From Candidatus Firestoneibacteriota bacterium (GTDB taxonomy: Bacteria > Oederibacteriota > D2-FULL-39-29), in the NCBI GenBank assembly GCA_903928075.1, contig CAIYPD010000115.1:371-64370 (forward strand): a stretch of 64,000 nt of DNA, given 5' to 3'. Below the pieces are notes generated by a model. It did not search any database. It was not told the origin of the DNA and saw nothing but the letters and a program-made list of their open reading frames with translations. The translations under genes were made by a program, and so were the position numbers. Positions within the stretch are counted from its first letter, which is position 1. Every line of letters begins with the position of its first letter. Positions 59,968-64,000 of the stretch are shown here, piece by piece.

Positions 59968-62016
59968 TTATTTATCTTTTGCCTTATAGTTTTTAAGCGC
60001 TTCAAGAGCGTCCGAGGTTCCTATTTTTTTCAGCGCGTCCAGCGCATCCGACCTAACCTGGGAATCTTCATCCTTTAATATCTCCCTGAGATACGGGACT
60101 GCCTCATTGCCGAGACGGATAATGGTGTCCTTTGCTTTACCCGCCACTTTGTTATTTTTGTCTTTCATGGTCTGGGCAATAAAAGGCGCCGCTATCTTAG
60201 CGCCCGGCCCTATTTTACCGAGAGCTTCTACCGCCGCACCCCGGACACTTTCCTCATTATCCCGTAACGCCTCAGCAAGTGCAATTATTGATTCCTTGTA
60301 TTCAATGCCGATATCCCCCAAAGCAGTGGCGGCTGCGGTTCTTACTTCCTTATCATCTTCTTTCATTATAATAATAAGATTGTCCGAAGCCGTTTTCATA
60401 AGCGGCGAACCTCTTTCAATGCCTATCTTCCCCAGCACATAAGCCGCCGTAGCTTTTATTTTATTGTCGCCTTCTTTTAGCGTCGCGATGAGAGGTTCTA
60501 TAGACTTCTGTCCTATTCTGGCAAGAACCGACCTGGTCCCATTCCGGATGCGCTGGTTCTCATCATTGATAAAAGGAATCATTTGTTTTGCTATTGTGCC
60601 GGAAATTATACCGATTTTTTCCAGAGAATCTTTGGCAGTAAACTGAACGCCCGTATCCGCGTCGGCTAAAAGTTTGACCAGTTGAGTAACGGCTTTTATG
60701 CCCTTAAATCCCAGGTTTCCAACCGCGCCTGCGGCCGCTATCCTTACCGATGATTCCGGGTCTTTCAGTAATTCTATCAGCATGTCAGTATAATCGGTGG
60801 TTACGATGCCAAACAAGCCGATTATCGCATTCACAGCCCCGGCCCGGACTCTCTTGTCCCCGGAAGTCATAAGGGCTCCGAGTAAATCCGCTGATTCTCT
60901 GTTATAGTAAGAAATGCTTACGAAAGATTTTACGGCAGCCTCCCGGACAAAAATAATATTATCGCTAAACGCATTCACCAGTACCCCGGTAATTTGTTTA
61001 TACTCTGTACGCATTTTACCCAGAGCCGTGAGCGCGGCCACCTTTTTTTTAATATTTTCCGAGCCGGCCATAACCAGCAGTTCGCTTAGAACCTCCGCGG
61101 ATCTGTTGTCGATTTTAGGCAGAGTTTCCGCCGCCAGCGCCGCCAGGCTCTCATTGCTGCCTTTTAGCATGATAAATATCTCAGGAAGCGCCTCAGACGC
61201 CGAGTTTCCTATATTACCGAAAATACCAATTAAAACACCCCTCATCTCCGGACTGCAGTTTTTAAATCTTTTAAGCAGGAGAGAAACCGCTTCCTTGGAG
61301 ACGGAACCTATTTCTACCAGAGCCAATTCGGAAGCATTTCTTACCAGGGTATTGGAATAGGTCAGATTATCAAGGAGTATTTCGATTATCCGGCTGTCTC
61401 CCGTTTTCTTCTTACCGGCAATGAACGAGGCACCGAGAACCAGCCTCTCGTTCGAACTTTTAAGGGCCGCAAGGATATCTTCGTTTTCCGCCAGCCCGGT
61501 CTTAATAATAGCATCCCTCGCCGCCGCGCAAATATTTTTATTTTCATCCCCTAAAATTGAAAATAGTTTTTTCGCAACTTCCGGTGTTGAGGGGCTGATA
61601 GCACCCAGAGCATAGGCAGCATGAGTCCGCGTGAACTTATCCGGGCTCTCCAGGGCTTTAAGCAGTAAAGGTATGGCTTTCTCCTCAAACTTTACCAGAT
61701 ATTCTTCGGCAATTACTCTTACCTGATTATTTTTGTCTTCGAGCGCGGCAATAAAGACCGGAACGGAGGCGTCCGGGCCCAGCTTTAAAAGCGCTTCCGC
61801 GGCGCGATTTCTTACCGAAGAATTAGGATCCCCGAGATATGCTTTAAGCGCCCGGGCGGTATCCGCTTTTCCGCTTTCATCAAGATTTTTTATATCATCA
61901 AGTGCGGCGAGACGGATATTGTCTTCGTCGTTTGTTAAACGGGAATTCAAACCCGCACAGCCGCAAAGCAAAAATACCTGCGCAATAAATACTGCCAAAA
62001 TAATACTTTTTTTCAT
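59968..62016 (-). CDS. HEAT-repeat lipoprotein
   Basis: The ATG at 62016 is preceded by GGAGAGG, which lies inside the track's TTG-extended ORF. The lipobox LLCGC is followed by many VR..AA.ALG.IG HEAT/PBS-lyase-type repeats. Confidence 0.8.
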   Translation of the reverse strand: MKKSIILAVFIAQVFLLCGCAGLNSRLTNDEDNIRLAALDDIKNLDESGKADTARALKAYLGDPNSSVRNRAAEALLKLGPDASVPVFIAALEDKNNQVRVIAEEYLVKFEEKAIPLLLKALESPDKFTRTHAAYALGAISPSTPEVAKKLFSILGDENKNICAAARDAIIKTGLAENEDILAALKSSNERLVLGASFIAGKKKTGDSRIIEILLDNLTYSNTLVRNASELALVEIGSVSKEAVSLLLKRFKNCSPEMRGVLIGIFGNIGNSASEALPEIFIMLKGSNESLAALAAETLPKIDNRSAEVLSELLVMAGSENIKKKVAALTALGKMRTEYKQITGVLVNAFSDNIIFVREAAVKSFVSISYYNRESADLLGALMTSGDKRVRAGAVNAIIGLFGIVTTDYTDMLIELLKDPESSVRIAAAGAVGNLGFKGIKAVTQLVKLLADADTGVQFTAKDSLEKIGIISGTIAKQMIPFINDENQRIRNGTRSVLARIGQKSIEPLIATLKEGDNKIKATAAYVLGKIGIERGSPLMKTASDNLIIIMKEDDKEVRTAAATALGDIGIEYKESIIALAEALRDNEESVRGAAVEALGKIGPGAKIAAPFIAQTMKDKNNKVAGKAKDTIIRLGNEAVPYLREILKDEDSQVRSDALDALKKIGTSDALEALKNYKAKDK

Positions 62017-62142
62017 TACCTCTCCATTCAAAAAAAAGTCGTAAAAAAGACACCAAATCCGGCCTTGATGTTCCCTGAGGCTAAAAATACAAATACTACG
62101 GAACTAAAAGTTTATATTGACAAAAACTTAGTGTTTATCCTC

Positions 62143-63165
62143 TTAAAGAGGCAGCCTTATTTCTTTCTTTTCTCTGGACGATTTGTATATAGCAAGAATC
62201 AGCTCAACGGCTTTCCTGGCTTCAGAAGCTGGAACCGGAGGAACTTCGCCGGCAAGTAATGCTCTTGTAAAGGCTTTAAATTGCGCGAGATGCCCGCCAT
62301 GGTAAACGGCAAGAGGATCAGAGGCCCCGCCGGCAACAGCAGCGCCTTCTTTCTTTTCCGGTTGACCCACCATTTTCCAGGTAACATCCTGAAAACCGTT
62401 AAGAATAATAGTCCCTTTCGAACCGTGAATTTCGAGCTTTCTTTCTTCCCCCGGATTTATAGAGGTCGTCGCTTCAATAGTCCCGAGCGCGCCGTTCTTA
62501 AATTTTAAAATCGCAATCGCCGTATCTTCCACAGGAATCTTATGGATTATGGTTTCACAGTAAGCGGTAACCGCTTCCACCTCGCCCATAAAAAACATAA
62601 GCAAGTCAAGCGCATGTATTGCCTGGTTCATCAAAGCCCCGCCGCCGTCAAGATCCCAGGTGGCTCTCCAGCCCGCGCTGGCGTAATATTCCGGGGAACG
62701 GTACCATTTATTATAAGCGTCGCCCAGTACCAGCTTACCCAGCTTCCCGTCTTGAATAGACTTTCTTATAATCAAAGAAGATTCATAAAATCTGCTCTGA
62801 AAGATACCCGCTAAATGTTTTTTGGTCCGCTTGGAGGCTTCTATCATTTTGTCTATTTTTTCAAGGTTGACTTCAAGAGGTTTCTCGGAGATAACATGCT
62901 TCCCGGCTTCCATCGCTAAGATGGAGTTTTCCATATGTATGCCCGACGGCAGGCAGATAGTGACCACATCAACATCTTTATTTCTCAACATATCTTTAAT
63001 GTCGGTGTAGTATTTTACTTTATGTTTTTCCGCGACCGCTTTTGCTTTGGCTTCCACAATATCGACTACAGCAATAAGTTCGGCCTCCGGTGTCCCCAGT
63101 ATTCCCGAAAGATGATTGGCAACTATGTTACCGCAACCTACAATGGCAAATCCGACTTTTTTCAT
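62143..63165 (-). CDS. Gfo/Idh/MocA-family oxidoreductase
   Basis: N-terminal Rossmann fold VGFAIVGCGNI and the EKP motif (VISEKPL). Confidence 0.85.
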   Translation of the reverse strand: MKKVGFAIVGCGNIVANHLSGILGTPEAELIAVVDIVEAKAKAVAEKHKVKYYTDIKDMLRNKDVDVVTICLPSGIHMENSILAMEAGKHVISEKPLEVNLEKIDKMIEASKRTKKHLAGIFQSRFYESSLIIRKSIQDGKLGKLVLGDAYNKWYRSPEYYASAGWRATWDLDGGGALMNQAIHALDLLMFFMGEVEAVTAYCETIIHKIPVEDTAIAILKFKNGALGTIEATTSINPGEERKLEIHGSKGTIILNGFQDVTWKMVGQPEKKEGAAVAGGASDPLAVYHGGHLAQFKAFTRALLAGEVPPVPASEARKAVELILAIYKSSREKKEIRLPL

Positions 63166-63205
63166 TTTACCGGTTCTCCTTTTTTATTAAATTTTTCTAA
63201 TTCGT

Positions 63206-63955
63206 TTATCCTACCAGCACCATTAACGCCATCATTCCTATCCCGAGGCAGATGCAAAAAAACTGTATTATAGATTTAACCACTCCATTCTCCGCGTAAA
63301 GTTCAGGGAGCAGATCGGAACCCGCAAGATAAATAAAACCCCCGGCCGTTATAGGAAGCAGAGCCAGTTTAAAACCTTCCGAAATATTTCCTATCATAAG
63401 TGTGACAATAGCGCCGAAAATAGCGGCCAGCGCCGAAAGAAAATTAAAAATTAGAGCTTTTTTTATAGGCAAGCCGCCGTGAATAAGCGCCGAAAAATCT
63501 CCGACTTCATGAGGTATTTCATGAAGAACCACTGCGATAGTGGTGGCTATACCCAGATGAATATCCACAAGATAGCTGGCGGCAATAACCATACCGTCAA
63601 TAAAATTATGAAAGGTATCCCCGGCAAGTATTATTACCACAAAAGGCTTGGAATGGCCTTCACAGTATTCTTTATGGCAGGTACGCCATCTTATGGCTTT
63701 TTCCAGTAAGAAAAATATCATTATCCCGGTAAGGATATATATGGGTACGGCTAAACTCTCGGTACCCAGCTTGCTGAAGGATTCGGGTATAAGATGGATG
63801 AAAGCATCGCCGAATAAGGCCCCTATCGCAAAGCAGACAAAAAAGAGAAGGACTTTTTTCAGAGTTTCCTGTTTAAACGCAAGGGTAAGGACACCGATAA
63901 GAGAAATGAGACTTACAACGATAACGCTTATTAGAGTATATCCCCAAATATGCAC
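63206..63955 (-). CDS. ZIP-family metal transporter (ZupT-like)
   Basis: Polytopic, with the HEIPHEVGDF motif. Confidence 0.85.
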   Translation of the reverse strand: MHIWGYTLISVIVVSLISLIGVLTLAFKQETLKKVLLFFVCFAIGALFGDAFIHLIPESFSKLGTESLAVPIYILTGIMIFFLLEKAIRWRTCHKEYCEGHSKPFVVIILAGDTFHNFIDGMVIAASYLVDIHLGIATTIAVVLHEIPHEVGDFSALIHGGLPIKKALIFNFLSALAAIFGAIVTLMIGNISEGFKLALLPITAGGFIYLAGSDLLPELYAENGVVKSIIQFFCICLGIGMMALMVLVG

Positions 63956-64000
63956 TTTACCCTCAGAAGTTTGGAATTATTTGACTAAGAACCTTATTGA

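Noticed and set aside
62017-62031. TTG start for the HEAT-repeat protein
   Set aside because: The five extra codons spell TTGAATGGAGAGGTA, which is the SD (GGAGAGG) for the ATG at 62016. That ATG begins a canonical lipoprotein signal.
1-64000. Prophage, transposon, integron, toxin-antitoxin or known defence island
   Set aside because: No integrase, transposase, phage structural, cas, restriction-modification or other recognisable defence proteins are present among the translated ORFs. The DUF1016 proteins and the GIY-YIG protein are the only nuclease-like accessory genes.

Overview
Gene-dense bacterial chromosomal window with about 58 protein genes and one tRNA. Coding is almost entirely on the minus strand from ~13.3 kb onward. 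All functional calls come from reading motifs in the supplied translations; no database or HMM search was run.

Layout:
- 0.4-16.8 kb: carbohydrate-utilisation neighbourhood. It holds two URO-D-like paralogues, beta-propeller glycosidase-like genes, GH43, an SGNH esterase, rhamnose mutarotase, a PFK-family kinase, a double-SIS isomerase, a PfkB kinase and a DUF4432-type aldose epimerase.
- 17-29 kb: mixed housekeeping and signalling. It holds a BaiN-like flavoprotein, a cupin, a FecR-domain outer-membrane-like protein, a DUF523/DUF1722 protein, nadE, a FAH-family protein, a PAS-GGDEF cyclase and a DUF2156 protein.
- 29.4-38 kb: envelope metal/sulfur-flavoured neighbourhood. It holds an FNT channel, an exported SlyD-like FKBP, a Cys-rich tandem-repeat YHS lipoprotein, an MFS-GT4 fusion, a CoADR-rhodanese-TusA-DsrE fusion and a flavodoxin.
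- 38.2-41.3 kb: patch of small genes, then tRNA-Gln(UUG) followed by 56-bp direct repeats and a GIY-YIG gene.
- 41.3-64 kb: an M20 peptidase, radA, mlaFED, yraN-rnhB-rplS-trmD-rpsP (no rimM), tgt, a DUF1016 nuclease, a 918-aa secreted orphan, an NfnAB/GltD-like pair, a D-Cys desulfhydrase-like protein, a HEAT-repeat lipoprotein, a Gfo/Idh/MocA oxidoreductase and a ZIP transporter.

I saw no rRNA, CRISPR array, transposase, integrase or recognisable defence system.

Most unusual items:
1. A monocistronic lipoprotein gene built from three 99-bp tandem repeats, each encoding a 7-Cys module, followed by a Met-rich linker and a YHS domain.
2. An MFS transporter fused to a GT4 glycosyltransferase.
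3. Several families of lineage-specific intergenic repeats. These are GGCGAGATCTCGCC-core nested palindromes, a GCCTGATGAATCAGGC palindrome, purine-rich post-stop arrays and degenerate 9-10-nt TTAYRGACC arrays. They include a 500-bp non-coding region with a complex modular repeat.
4. A PFK gene whose conserved N-terminus lies upstream of any ATG/GTG/TTG, giving a probable AUC start.
5. Two candidate leaderless mRNAs.
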